Shown here in pieces: positions 26,720 to 36,052 of a stretch of 64,000 nt of DNA (the stretch's first letter is position 1; every line of letters begins with the position of its first letter). A program made the translations under genes and the position numbers. This stretch comes from an uncultured Coriobacteriaceae bacterium (GTDB lineage: Bacteria > Actinomycetota > Coriobacteriia > Coriobacteriales > QAMH01), in contig UQUH01000001.1 in assembly GCA_900544245.1 (NCBI GenBank), positions 5,928 through 69,927 of the forward strand, read 5' to 3'. Below the pieces are notes generated by a model that searched no databases, was not told the origin of the DNA, and was given only the letters and a program-made list of their open reading frames with translations.

Positions 26720-28354
26720 ATGGCTGCTAAGAACATTAGCTTTGGTTCCGATGCGCGCAGCGCCCTTGCCGCCGGCGCATCCAAACTCGCCGATGCCGTC
26801 AAGGTCACGCTTGGCCCCAAGGGCCGTTACGTCGCCTGCGAGCGCAGCTTCGGTGCACCGCTCATCACCAACGACGGCGTGACCGTCGCCAAGGAGATCG
26901 AGCTCGAGGACAAGGTCGAGAACATGGGCGCGCAGCTCATCCGCGAGGCCGCCGTCAAGACCAACGACGTTGCCGGTGACGGCACCACCACCGCCACGCT
27001 TCTCGCCGATGTCATGATTCGCGACGGTCTCAAGAACGTGACCGCCGGCGCCAATCCCATCGCCATCCGCACGGGCATGAATAAGGCCGTCGACGCATTG
27101 GTCGAGAAGGTCAAGAAGGACGCCAAGGAGGTCAAGACCTTCGACGAGATCAAGAACGTCGGCGCCATCTCCGCGGGCGATCCGCAGATTGGCGAGAAGA
27201 TCGCCGACGCCATGGAGAAGGTCGGCAAGGACGGCGTCATCACCGTCGAGGATTCCAACACCTTCGGCATCGACATCGACGTCGTGGAGGGCATGGAGTT
27301 CGACAAGGGCTACCTGAGCCCCTACATGGTCAACAACACCGAGACCATGAAGGCCGAGCTTTCCAACCCCTACATCCTCATCACCGACCAGAAGATCTCC
27401 ACCATCCAGGACATCCTGCCGCTGCTCGAGGGCATCATGCAGTCCGGCAAGCCGCTCCTCATCATTGCCGAGGACGTGGAGAGCGAGGCGCTGGCCACGC
27501 TCGTCCTCAACAAGATTCGCGGCACGCTCAACGTCGTCGCCGTCAAGGCTCCCGGCTTCGGTGATCGCCGCAAGCGCATGCTCGAGGACATCGCCATCGT
27601 CACCGGCGGCCAGCCCATCATGGAGGAGCTCGGCGTCGCGCTTTCCGACGTCACGCTCGACATGCTCGGTACCGCCAAGAGCGTCAAGGTGACCAAGGAC
27701 GCCACGACCATCGTCGATGGTGCGGGCAAGAAGGCCGATATCGAGGAGCGCATCAACACCATCAACGCGCAGATCGAGGAGACCAGCTCCGATTTCGATC
27801 GCGAGAAGCTCCAGGAGCGCAAGGCCAAGCTTTCCGGCGGTGTTGCCGTCATCAAGGTCGGCGCCGCGACTGAGGCCGAGCTCAAGGAGACCAAGTCTCG
27901 TATCGACGATGCGCTGCAGGCCACGCATGCGGCTGTCGAGGAGGGTATCGTCGCCGGCGGCGGCGCCGCGCTCATCGATGCTATGACCGTTCTCGACGAT
28001 CTTAAGGCCGAGGACGTCGACGAGCAGGTCGGCATCAACATCGTGAGCAAGGCTTGTGAGGCCCCGATGCGCGCCATTGCCGAGAACTCCGGCTTCGAGG
28101 GCTCTGTCGTCATCGACAAGATCAAGAACTCCAAGACCGGCTATGGCCTGAACGCCGCGACTGGCGAGTACGGCAAGATGATCGACATGGGTGTCATCGA
28201 CCCGGTCAAGGTCGTCCGCTCGGCGCTGCAGAACGCCACTTCCGTGGCGACCATGCTGCTCATCACGGCTGCCACCGTGTCCGATGTCCCCAAGGAAGGT
28301 CCGGACATGGCCGAGATGGCCGCTGCCATGCAGGGTGCCGGCGGCATGATGTAA
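26720..28354 (+). CDS. groEL: Chaperonin GroEL
   Basis: 544 aa with [20 protein letters not shown] and a C-terminal GGMM tail. Confidence 0.97.
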   Translation: MAAKNISFGSDARSALAAGASKLADAVKVTLGPKGRYVACERSFGAPLITNDGVTVAKEIELEDKVENMGAQLIREAAVKTNDVAGDGTTTATLLADVMIRDGLKNVTAGANPIAIRTGMNKAVDALVEKVKKDAKEVKTFDEIKNVGAISAGDPQIGEKIADAMEKVGKDGVITVEDSNTFGIDIDVVEGMEFDKGYLSPYMVNNTETMKAELSNPYILITDQKISTIQDILPLLEGIMQSGKPLLIIAEDVESEALATLVLNKIRGTLNVVAVKAPGFGDRRKRMLEDIAIVTGGQPIMEELGVALSDVTLDMLGTAKSVKVTKDATTIVDGAGKKADIEERINTINAQIEETSSDFDREKLQERKAKLSGGVAVIKVGAATEAELKETKSRIDDALQATHAAVEEGIVAGGGAALIDAMTVLDDLKAEDVDEQVGINIVSKACEAPMRAIAENSGFEGSVVIDKIKNSKTGYGLNAATGEYGKMIDMGVIDPVKVVRSALQNATSVATMLLITAATVSDVPKEGPDMAEMAAAMQGAGGMM

Positions 28355-28383
28355 GTCTCGCGATATATCGCAACGACTCGGAG

Positions 28384-28414
28384 GAAGGGTTCGCGTTATG
28401 CGGGCCCTTCTTTT
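28384..28414 (+). terminator. Rho-independent terminator after groEL (convergent with the EamA gene end)
   Basis: Hairpin GAAGGGTTCGCG..TGCGGGCCCTTC followed by TTTT. Confidence 0.7.
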
Positions 28415-29294
28415 ATTGTTCTCTTGGCTTCACGGTGACCGTGAGGATTGAGATCACGACGAGCAACGCGCCGATTGCCTGGAAGCCATCGATTGTCTCG
28501 CCGAGGATGAGCCAGGCGAGTAGCAGTGACGAGGGTGTCTCGATGATGCTGATGATGGAGGCCTTGGTTGCGCCAATGCGCCCGATGGCGAAGATGTAGA
28601 GCACGATGGGCAAGATGGTGGCGAGTATGGACAGGCCGCTTCCGAGTGCGATTTCTCTCGGGCCGATGAGGGTCAGCCCACCGAGCTCGCCGGCGAAGAA
28701 GACGAGTGACCCCGCAAGGCACACGAGCGAAATCGTGAAGGTCGCCGTGAACGAGCTCTCGACCCGTGCCGTCTTCTGTATGAGTACGGAGTAGATCGCG
28801 AACGAGATGCAGGCTCCGATGGCGAGGGCGACGCCGAGGAGGTCGATCGTGCCCTGCCCGGGAGAGAGCACTCCCGAAATGAGGACGATGCCGCACAGCG
28901 AGAGTGCGAGCGCGATGACGATGCGTGCCATGAGCCTCTCGTGAAAGACGAAGACGTTCATGACGGCGACGATGGCGGGAAACGTGTAGAAGAGGACGGT
29001 CGTCAAGCCGGCGCTGATGCGTTCGACTGCGAGGAAGTACAGCCAGGCGGAGAGGAAGAAGAAAATCGACTGCACGTACACGGCGGGCTGGCGGCTGATG
29101 AACTTGCGCTCGTGGAAAAGGAGTATGTAGAGCCCGAGAAAGATCACGGTGCAGATGAAGCGCAGCACCATGACGAGTTGCGCATCCAGGCCGGCTTCGT
29201 AGAGCAACTTGGCGAAGATGCCCATGGTTGCGTAGAGCACTGCCTGTATGATGCCGGCAATGTATCCGGCTGCCTGCGATTGAGCCTTGTCCAC
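28413..29294 (-). CDS. EamA/DMT-superfamily transporter
   Basis: 293 aa with ten predicted TM helices in two EamA-like halves. Confidence 0.8.
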   Translation of the reverse strand: MDKAQSQAAGYIAGIIQAVLYATMGIFAKLLYEAGLDAQLVMVLRFICTVIFLGLYILLFHERKFISRQPAVYVQSIFFFLSAWLYFLAVERISAGLTTVLFYTFPAIVAVMNVFVFHERLMARIVIALALSLCGIVLISGVLSPGQGTIDLLGVALAIGACISFAIYSVLIQKTARVESSFTATFTISLVCLAGSLVFFAGELGGLTLIGPREIALGSGLSILATILPIVLYIFAIGRIGATKASIISIIETPSSLLLAWLILGETIDGFQAIGALLVVISILTVTVKPREQ

Positions 29295-29301
29295 GGATGC
29301 C

Positions 29302-29712
29302 TCAGTGAGTCGTGCGCATTACGGTCGCGCTCATGCGGGCGACGAGGTTGCCGGGTTCGTCGAAGAGGTCAATCGTGAAGAAGGCGAGATTGCGACCGAG
29401 CTTGTCGGGATGGGCGACAGCCTTGAGCTTGTTGCCCTTGACGCGACGCATGTGGGCGATGCTGGAATTGGTCGAGGCCGACGGAGGTTGGTTGACGTTG
29501 CTCGCGACGGCGAGCGCGTAATCCGCAAGCGAGAAGAAGACGCCACCCATCACGAAGCCCTGGGCATTGTGATGGCGGTCGTCGATTTCCATGCTCACGG
29601 TCGCGATGCCGGTTTCGAAGTCGTAGTCGTCGATGGTCGCCCCCAGGCACTTGCGTGCGAACTCGTCGTCGGCGAAGTACGCGCGAATGCCCTCGATACT
29701 GTCGAAATCCAC
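29302..29712 (-). CDS. PaaI-family hotdog-fold thioesterase
   Basis: NAQGFVMGGVFFSLADYALAVA and GNKLKAVAHPDKLGRNLAFF. I chose GTG 29712, which lies 5 nt after AAGAGGAG. The longer track ORF to 29817 has an Arg-rich, non-protein-like N-terminus. Confidence 0.75.
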   Translation of the reverse strand: MDFDSIEGIRAYFADDEFARKCLGATIDDYDFETGIATVSMEIDDRHHNAQGFVMGGVFFSLADYALAVASNVNQPPSASTNSSIAHMRRVKGNKLKAVAHPDKLGRNLAFFTIDLFDEPGNLVARMSATVMRTTH

Positions 29713-29869
29713 GGTCGCTCCTCTTTTCTCGCGGACAGTACCACCAGTGTAGACCAACAGATAACGACTTGGTACATGTGTTCGGGATTGACGCGTCCGA
29801 GATGCCCGAAAACGCATTATTCGCTAGAATAGGGGCGCATGGTCGTAGTTAAGGAGCCGCGCAACAAAA

Positions 29870-31223
29870 ATGTTTACCGTGATCAGCATTCTGCTCGTCA
29901 TCTTTTTCCTCTTGATGAACGCCTTCTTCGTCATTGCAGAATTCGCCCTGGTACGTGTCCGCAAGTCGCAGATCGAGCTCGCCGTCGAAGAGAAGAAGCC
30001 CGGCGCGCGAGCTGCCAAGAAAATCGCCGAAAACATAAACGCGTATCTCTCGGCCTGCCAGCTTGGCATCACGCTTGCGTCGCTTGCCATAGGCTGGGTG
30101 GGGGGGGCTGCCGCGGCCGCGGGTCCGGATCATGCCTGCCGTGTCCGCGGTTCTCGAGATGCCGCTTCTTGCAGCGGGGCTGCCCGAGAGCACCATCTAT
30201 CCCATTTGCGTCGGCGTCGGCTTCTTCATCGTGACGACGCTGCACGTCGTGGTGGGTGAGCTCATTCCCAAGTCCTTCGCGATCTTCTCGACCGAGAAGT
30301 ACGCGTTGGCGACCGCGGGTCCCCTCGCGCTCTTCTACAAGATTACCTATCCGTTCATGTGGCTGTTCAACGGAATAACCAACCTCGTCGTCCGTGCGAC
30401 CGGTCATGATCCGGCAAAGGAGCACGAGGTCTACACCGACGAGGAGATCAAGCTGCTCATCGACGAGTCGACGGAAAGCGGCCTCATCGACCCCGAGCAA
30501 AACGAGTACGTCGACAACATCTTCGACTTGGGAGATAAGGACGCCGAGGCCATCATGACCCCGCGCATGGACATGATCTGCCTCGACACCGAGGACACGC
30601 TCGATGAGAATCTCGAACTCATCCACGAGCACAAGTACACGCGCTATCCCGTGTGTAGCGGCTCCAAGGATAACGTCATCGGGTTTGTGCACGTGAAGGA
30701 TCTCTTCGATCAGGAGCGGGGCCTGCCCCTCGAGGACTGGAACATCCGCGAGCTTCCCGCGGTGCCCGAGACGCTGCCCATCGCACGCCTGCTCGACACG
30801 CTGAGGGAAAACCGTACGGGCATCTGCCAGGTAATCGACGAGCACGGTGGCACGGCCGGAATCGTGACCATGTCAGACGTGTTCGAGCAGATCGTGGGCC
30901 GTGTCGATGACGAGTACTATCACGACGACGAGGAAGAGGAGGTCGTCGAGCTTTCCGACGGTAACTTCGAGATTGACGGCGCGCTTGCCATCGACGACCT
31001 CGAGGAGATCATCGGGTTCAGGCCCGAGCAAGCCGACGAGGTCGAGACCGTGGGCGGCCTGTTCATGGCGCTTACCGATGGCATTCCCGACGAGGGCGAT
31101 GTCGCGGAGATGGACCACTACGACAAGCATGTCAAGTTCACCGTGCTGAGCATGGATCGTCACCGCATCGACAAGATCAGGTGCGTCGTCACCGTGGCCG
31201 AGTCCGAGGACGAAGAGGACTAG
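29870..31223 (+). pseudogene. CNNM/TlyC-family membrane protein (DUF21, CBS pair, CorC_HlyC) interrupted by a +1 frameshift
   Basis: Track ORFs 29870..30259 (DUF21 N-terminus ...SACQLGITLASLAIGWVGG) and 30132..31223 (...VVGELIPKS, CBS pair, C-terminal transporter-associated domain) are the two halves of one family. The downstream frame is open from 30093 and the upstream frame closes at 30259. Confidence 0.8.
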
Positions 31224-31246
31224 GCGGGAACACGGCGAAAAAGTTC

Positions 31247-31275
31247 TTGCATTTTCATGTGTCCGCGCGTAGTAT
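31247..31275 (+). promoter_or_regulatory. Sigma-70-type promoter for the initiator tRNA
   Basis: TTGCAT (31247-31252), a 17-nt spacer, then TAGTAT (31270-31275), about 35 nt upstream of the tRNA. Confidence 0.55.
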
Positions 31276-31310
31276 AGTCAAACGCGCTTGAAGCGCACTG
31301 CTCAACATAT

Positions 31311-31387
31311 TGCGGGGTGGAGCAGTCTGGTAGCTCGCCGGGCTCATAACCCGGAGGTCGTCAGTTCAAATCTGGCCCCCGCGACCA
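31311..31387 (+). tRNA. Initiator tRNA-fMet (anticodon CAT), CCA encoded
   Basis: It is near-identical in layout to the E. coli tRNA-fMet as I recall it. GCGGGGTGGAGCAG is present, and the anticodon stem has three G-C pairs (GGGCTCATAACCC). T arm is GTCAG-TTCAAAT-CTGGC. Position 1:72 is U:G rather than C:A. Confidence 0.88.
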
Positions 31388-31396
31388 AGAAACCGT

Positions 31397-31430
31397 AGGT
31401 CAGAGGCTATTTTCTCTGACCTGCTTTTTT
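31397..31430 (+). terminator. Rho-independent terminator after tRNA-fMet
   Basis: Hairpin AGGTCAGAG/CTCTGACCT followed by GCTTTTTT. Confidence 0.8.
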
Positions 31431-31553
31431 CTTCTTTCCTAAGAAATCTCATAAAATGGGACAAAAACGGGGCAACTGAATTGTTTCTGAAGGGATCAGT
31501 CCCGAAAGTCCTATCTTTCGAATCCGTGCTCTCCGCCCGCTCCGCGCCCAGAA

Positions 31554-32351
31554 TCAACGGAGGGGCGAATGAAAGGTCAGCTCGCCGATTAGATGCTCTC
31601 CCCAGGAGTATTCGGAGAGGAATTCTCCCTCGAATTGGCTTCTGAAGCCCATCGTCTCGTCTTTCCACTCGTAGAAATCGCAATCGAACAGGTCCGTGTT
31701 GGCCATCTGCCCACGGGCGGTCGAGATCAGCAGATCGTCGAGGCCGTATTTCTCGAGTGAGTTCCTCAGGCGTCTGAGGGCGTTGTAGTAGACACCCATG
31801 GATTCGTTGTCGCAGGGACGGTCTTCCCAAATCGTGCTGTAGATCTCCTCGTTGCCGATCTCCTTGCCGCATCTCGTGACGACCAGGGCGAGGATCTCCT
31901 TCGCCTTTCCAGTGAGCGGAACGGGCTTGCCATCCTTCTTGACGACGAAGCGACCGAAGGTCTGTATGTAGATGCTCTTGCCTTGTCGGCCGGCTATCAG
32001 CCTGAGCCTTCCCATCATTTTTTCGAGCACCTCGGTCGTATAGGGTTTGACGACGTAGTAGTCGACGCCCACCCGGTTAGCCTCGAAGATGTAGCTCTCG
32101 TAGGCGGTTACGGGAACGATGAGAACGTCGCTGCGTATCTCCTTCAACCTATGGGCGAGTTCGAACCCGTCCATGTCGGGCATCTCCACGTCGAGAAAGG
32201 CCGCCTCGATTTCGTTGTCACGGAAGAAGGCGATGGCACTTTCGGCATCCGTGAAATGCCCTACGACGTCGAGGTCGGAGATGTTCTTTGCCAGGCGCAC
32301 GAACTTGCGCACCATCAACGGCTCATCATCGACGATAATCGCCCTTATCAT
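31554..32351 (-). CDS. Two-component response regulator (receiver plus winged-helix/BTAD-like output)
   Basis: The receiver has IIVDDEP...DVEMPDMDGFEL...VTAY. The C-terminal half resembles OmpR/SARP-type DNA-binding plus activator regions. It overlaps the kinase gene by 4 nt. Confidence 0.8.
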   Translation of the reverse strand: MIRAIIVDDEPLMVRKFVRLAKNISDLDVVGHFTDAESAIAFFRDNEIEAAFLDVEMPDMDGFELAHRLKEIRSDVLIVPVTAYESYIFEANRVGVDYYVVKPYTTEVLEKMMGRLRLIAGRQGKSIYIQTFGRFVVKKDGKPVPLTGKAKEILALVVTRCGKEIGNEEIYSTIWEDRPCDNESMGVYYNALRRLRNSLEKYGLDDLLISTARGQMANTDLFDCDFYEWKDETMGFRSQFEGEFLSEYSWGEHLIGELTFHSPLR

Positions 32352-33892
32352 CCGGCACCCCCTTTGGGTATGCGTACCGTCATCGTCGTCCCGCGGTCAG
32401 GCACGCTTTCGGCATCCAGAGACGCCCCCATGATATGCTCGAGCCTGAAACGGATGTTTCGCAGTCCCGTAGAATCGGCTTCTCCGCGAGAGACGGACTC
32501 CTCGTACGCCGCCATGTCGAACCCGACACCTGTGTCCTCGACCTGCACGACCCATGCCTTGTCTTCTGCCCAGGTCCGGAGCGTGACAGAGCCTCCCTGG
32601 GGACCCCGACGGTACACGCCGTGCCTGATGGCGTTTTCGACGAGGGGCTGGATACTGAGCGAGAGCACGTCAAACTGGGTCTCGTCGAGCTCGTATCGCA
32701 TGTCGAGGCGATCGCCCAGACGCATCTTCTCTATGTTCGCGTAGGCCACGATGTTATCGAGTTCCTGCGAGAAGGGGATGAGGTGGTCACCATCCATGGC
32801 CTTGATGCATCCGCGCAGATGCATCGTGAAGTCCTCGAGGAGGACGGCTGCCCGACCTGGGTCATCGAGCATGATCTCCTGGATCGAGCCGAGCGCGTTG
32901 TAGATGAAATGGGGTCGCATCTGGCTGGTCGAGTTGTATATGCGACTTAGCTCGAGCGCGGTCTTGAGCTCCTCGAGTTTCTTTTCCTGCTGCTGCTGCT
33001 CCGTAAGGTCGTAAATCACGCACAGGACGTGTACATCGCCCGTTGTCTTTTCACGGTAAAGGTAGAACACGGCACGGCAGGGAATCGCTTCCTGCTCTGC
33101 CGTCATGGCCGAGAAGAGCACCGATGTGCGACCGTCGCCCTTCTCGAAGCAGGCGAACAAGTTGTTTCTACTGCTCGTGCTCAGGAACTTTTCCCGGTTT
33201 TCGCATATCAGGTTTTCGGCGACCCACATTCGAAAGGCGGTATAGCTGGGGATTTCGTCTGGCGAGGGGACGGCCCCGAGTCGTGAATCCGACCGTCCCC
33301 TCATGTCAGCCGATCGTTCGAGTACGCTATCGATTGAGAGGTTCGCTTCGATGCAGGCAGCTGCCGTTGCGAGGATGGCGGCCAGGTAGTTCGCGCTCTT
33401 CTGGCGTTCGAAAGACAACTCGTTTTCGCGAGCGACATTCTGTCGAAGGACTTCGTCGACGTCGCGCACGCCCATGAGAATGTGGTCTTTCCCGTCGATA
33501 TTGGCGAGAGTCGCGCGAAGCTGATGGTATACCTGGCGCCCGTTGCGAGAAGTCCTGTACACGAACGAGTGACGCTTCTTGTTGCGAACGCCGTCTTCGA
33601 GCACTTCTCGGGACAGCATGTGCATGACGCGGCTTCGATCATCGGGGACGACAGCTCGATCAATCTCGCGAACCAGGGCGACGAAAAAATCACCGCCGTT
33701 CTTCGTGAGCTTCAGACTATGGCCCGTCTCGCTTTCGCAATAGACGCTATATCCAGACGTTTCCAAGTCGAGGTCGCAGATGCTCTCGTAGTTCTCGAAG
33801 AGGGCGTTTACCAGCGCCTCGTAGGGAATCGTCCGGCCTTCTTCGGACTCTGTCATGTTCCGCTTTCTGGTTGGTGGATTGCGCGTTCCCAA
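32348..33892 (-). CDS. Cytoplasmic sensor histidine kinase, LytS/YesM-type (His_kinase plus HATPase_c) with PAS-like N-terminal modules
   Basis: QMRPHFIYNALGSI is the H-box of this family. LVENAIRHG and EDTGVGFD match the ATPase domain. I see no TM helix. The start is uncertain (TTG 33892 or ATG 33856). Confidence 0.8.
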   Translation of the reverse strand: MGTRNPPTRKRNMTESEEGRTIPYEALVNALFENYESICDLDLETSGYSVYCESETGHSLKLTKNGGDFFVALVREIDRAVVPDDRSRVMHMLSREVLEDGVRNKKRHSFVYRTSRNGRQVYHQLRATLANIDGKDHILMGVRDVDEVLRQNVARENELSFERQKSANYLAAILATAAACIEANLSIDSVLERSADMRGRSDSRLGAVPSPDEIPSYTAFRMWVAENLICENREKFLSTSSRNNLFACFEKGDGRTSVLFSAMTAEQEAIPCRAVFYLYREKTTGDVHVLCVIYDLTEQQQQEKKLEELKTALELSRIYNSTSQMRPHFIYNALGSIQEIMLDDPGRAAVLLEDFTMHLRGCIKAMDGDHLIPFSQELDNIVAYANIEKMRLGDRLDMRYELDETQFDVLSLSIQPLVENAIRHGVYRRGPQGGSVTLRTWAEDKAWVVQVEDTGVGFDMAAYEESVSRGEADSTGLRNIRFRLEHIMGASLDAESVPDRGTTMTVRIPKGGAG

Positions 33893-33894
33893 AA

Positions 33895-35415
33895 TTATAG
33901 GTCCCTTCGGGTTGCCGCGAAGAGCGCGCAGCTCGCGGTAAAGATGGTTGCCAGGACGAATGCGAAGCGTGCGAGCCCGTCACCTGCCTTGGGAGGTGCA
34001 GGCGTTTCTGACGACGTGGAATCTGGCTTGGGTTTGTCCGGTACATGTCGGTCGGTCACGTCAGGGTCGTCAGTTGGGTCGGGGTCGTCAGTTGGCGGCA
34101 AGTCACTTTCGCTCTCTTCGTTCACGATTGTCTTGACGGCGATCTTTTCGCTGTCGAAGTCGCTGGGGTTTACGAGGATGGGCTCTTCGAGGGGCATGTA
34201 TCCATCGGGTGCTTGCGTCTCCTCTATTCGATATGTGCCCTTCAGCAGACCGCTCACTTCGGCTTTGCCTTCGGCATCTGTCGTGATAGTTCCGACGACT
34301 TGGCCGTTTGCGTCTCGAGTCACGTTGAAGACTCCCCCTGCAAGCGCGTTTCCGTTCCGGTCCTCTTTGACGATGCGGATGGTGAAAACGTATCCTTCGG
34401 CGGATCCGCCGGCGGCGAAGTAATACGTGTCCGCCGAAGTCGTGCGCGAGACTGCGTTCGTGCCCTTGATGGCCGCGTCATTTCTAATGACCTCGCCGTC
34501 CGCAAGATCATATGATGCCTCTGCGGTATACCGAATAATGAATCCATCCGTGGCGGCGATGTCTCCCAGATTCAGGGTAAATGATCCGTCTTCGTTCCAC
34601 ACAACATTGTAGGCAGAGGTCACGTCAGACCGGTTTTCCAGTCGCCAGTCTCCGTGCACTATGGTCCAGGTGCCCTTCATGATGACCAGGGAATCCGGCA
34701 GTACGGTAAATCCGGCGCTGGCGATCTTGTCCGTAATGGTGGCGTTGTTGATCGCCTCTCCCTTCGTGTTGACGTAAAGCTGATAGCGAATGGCCCGATC
34801 GCCTATTTCGGCAACCTGCCAACCGCTTTTCGTCAGGTAGCTGCCGGTTGGGTCTTTGATGCCGATGAAATGGAGCGTGTTTCCGATAATCGTCGTTCCG
34901 CTCACGTCAATCTCAATCGGGATGTATTCCTCTTTGTCGACGTTATTTCGGGCAATCTGAACGTAGAAGTAGAAGCTCCCCGTGATGTCGGAGTTGTTCT
35001 CCACGAACTCCGTGTAGGTCAGCGTGAGCGTCTTCGTGCCGCCATCGATCGTGGCGTTTGCGACCACGTTCCCACCCGCATCTTTGATTTCGAAGCTCGA
35101 CGTCTGATTGAATTTCAGCTTGTCGGGAAGCTTCATCGTCGTGATATCTCCGGCGTGGATTGTTCCGTTCGGAAGGGCGAACTCCGCATGCAGGCGAAAG
35201 ACATCCCATTGGCCGGTATCCCCCTGCGGTCCGCTTCCGTCATGGGTCTGCGCTTCGATTTTGGTGATAACGCCATTCTGGACTGCCTGCGTCTTGCCTT
35301 GCGCATCGCTCGCGAGGGCGCTTCCGGCTCCTCCAAGGCAGATGAGAACGAGAAAGATGCTGACCATGACCGAGGTCAAGCGGGGACGGCTCCTTCCCTT
35401 GTTGCGTCTGCGCAT
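33895..35415 (-). CDS. Cell-surface adhesin: collagen-binding/Cna-type N-terminal region, SpaA/CnaB-type domain and a cell-wall sorting-like C-terminus
   Basis: The signal peptide ends ALASDA. The CnaB/SpaA-like module is GGVFNVTRDANGQVVGTITTDAEGKAEVSGLLKGTYRIEETQAPDGY. The C-terminus is PPKAGDG, a hydrophobic helix, then RRDL. Confidence 0.8.
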   Translation of the reverse strand: MRRRNKGRSRPRLTSVMVSIFLVLICLGGAGSALASDAQGKTQAVQNGVITKIEAQTHDGSGPQGDTGQWDVFRLHAEFALPNGTIHAGDITTMKLPDKLKFNQTSSFEIKDAGGNVVANATIDGGTKTLTLTYTEFVENNSDITGSFYFYVQIARNNVDKEEYIPIEIDVSGTTIIGNTLHFIGIKDPTGSYLTKSGWQVAEIGDRAIRYQLYVNTKGEAINNATITDKIASAGFTVLPDSLVIMKGTWTIVHGDWRLENRSDVTSAYNVVWNEDGSFTLNLGDIAATDGFIIRYTAEASYDLADGEVIRNDAAIKGTNAVSRTTSADTYYFAAGGSAEGYVFTIRIVKEDRNGNALAGGVFNVTRDANGQVVGTITTDAEGKAEVSGLLKGTYRIEETQAPDGYMPLEEPILVNPSDFDSEKIAVKTIVNEESESDLPPTDDPDPTDDPDVTDRHVPDKPKPDSTSSETPAPPKAGDGLARFAFVLATIFTASCALFAATRRDL

Positions 35416-35738
35416 CTTTCCTCCGTAAGCCGCGGTCGATATAACGATGTTGCTGGCTATGCGAAGGCTGGCCGTCTCAGCAGTTTGCCATCTCTGTCAG
35501 CAACGCCCGCGTCCCGCTTGATGACGGGACCAAGGCAGCGGCAGCGTAGCAAAGGAGGACTCACGGCCTACAAACGCGCTCTGGACATACCGTTTCATTC
35601 TCGTCTCATGGCATGGGAAGTCGTTGGCCCAAATTCAGCTCCGCGATTGCGAGATCGTAAAGGAAGGCGGGCCCTCGGGATGACCCGATGACCCGCCTGC
35701 TGGAGCTTGGACGCCGGCTATTGCCGGCTTGCGTCCTA

Positions 35739-35858
35739 TTAGTCGCGGAGCTCCTCGGCTTCCTTCTCCTGCTCCTTGGCCTCGTCGACGGAGATGGTCT
35801 CGTCGGCGTCGCTCTCGAAGCTCTCGAACTCCACGCTCTTGCCCTTTTCTTCTGCCAT
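35739..35858 (-). CDS. Possible small acidic protein (39 aa)
   Basis: It is below the track's ORF size cut-off. My translation is MAEEKGKSVEFESFESDADETISVDEAKEQEKEAEELRD. GGAAGGGTG lies 6 nt upstream and third positions are GC-rich. An extended -10-like TGGTATTAT sits about 105 nt upstream, and a hairpin lies downstream at 35667-35700. Confidence 0.35.
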   Translation of the reverse strand: MAEEKGKSVEFESFESDADETISVDEAKEQEKEAEELRD

Positions 35859-36052
35859 GACAATCACCCTTCCAAATCATCGTACGTACGCTTGATGCTG
35901 ATGGCGCTGGGTGCTTTGGCCGCCTGTAGGCCGGATTGAAGTCTCCTGCCAATGGCTACCGCGGCGCTCATTTCCTCACACCGATAATATAATACCACTT
36001 ACGGAATGTATGTGAGAAAAAGCATTGAAATTATTTGGAATTATGACTGTTC

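Noticed and set aside
26717-27928. 403-aa minus-strand ORF
   Set aside because: It is antisense to groEL, whose identity is unambiguous. It is a high-GC shadow ORF.
30100-30107. G8 homopolymer as the site of the CNNM/TlyC frameshift (phase variation)
   Set aside because: Shortening it to G7 restores the frame but gives a junction (GWVGGLPRPRVRIMP) that fits the family pattern worse than removing a G near 30121-30123. It is kept as the second possibility only.
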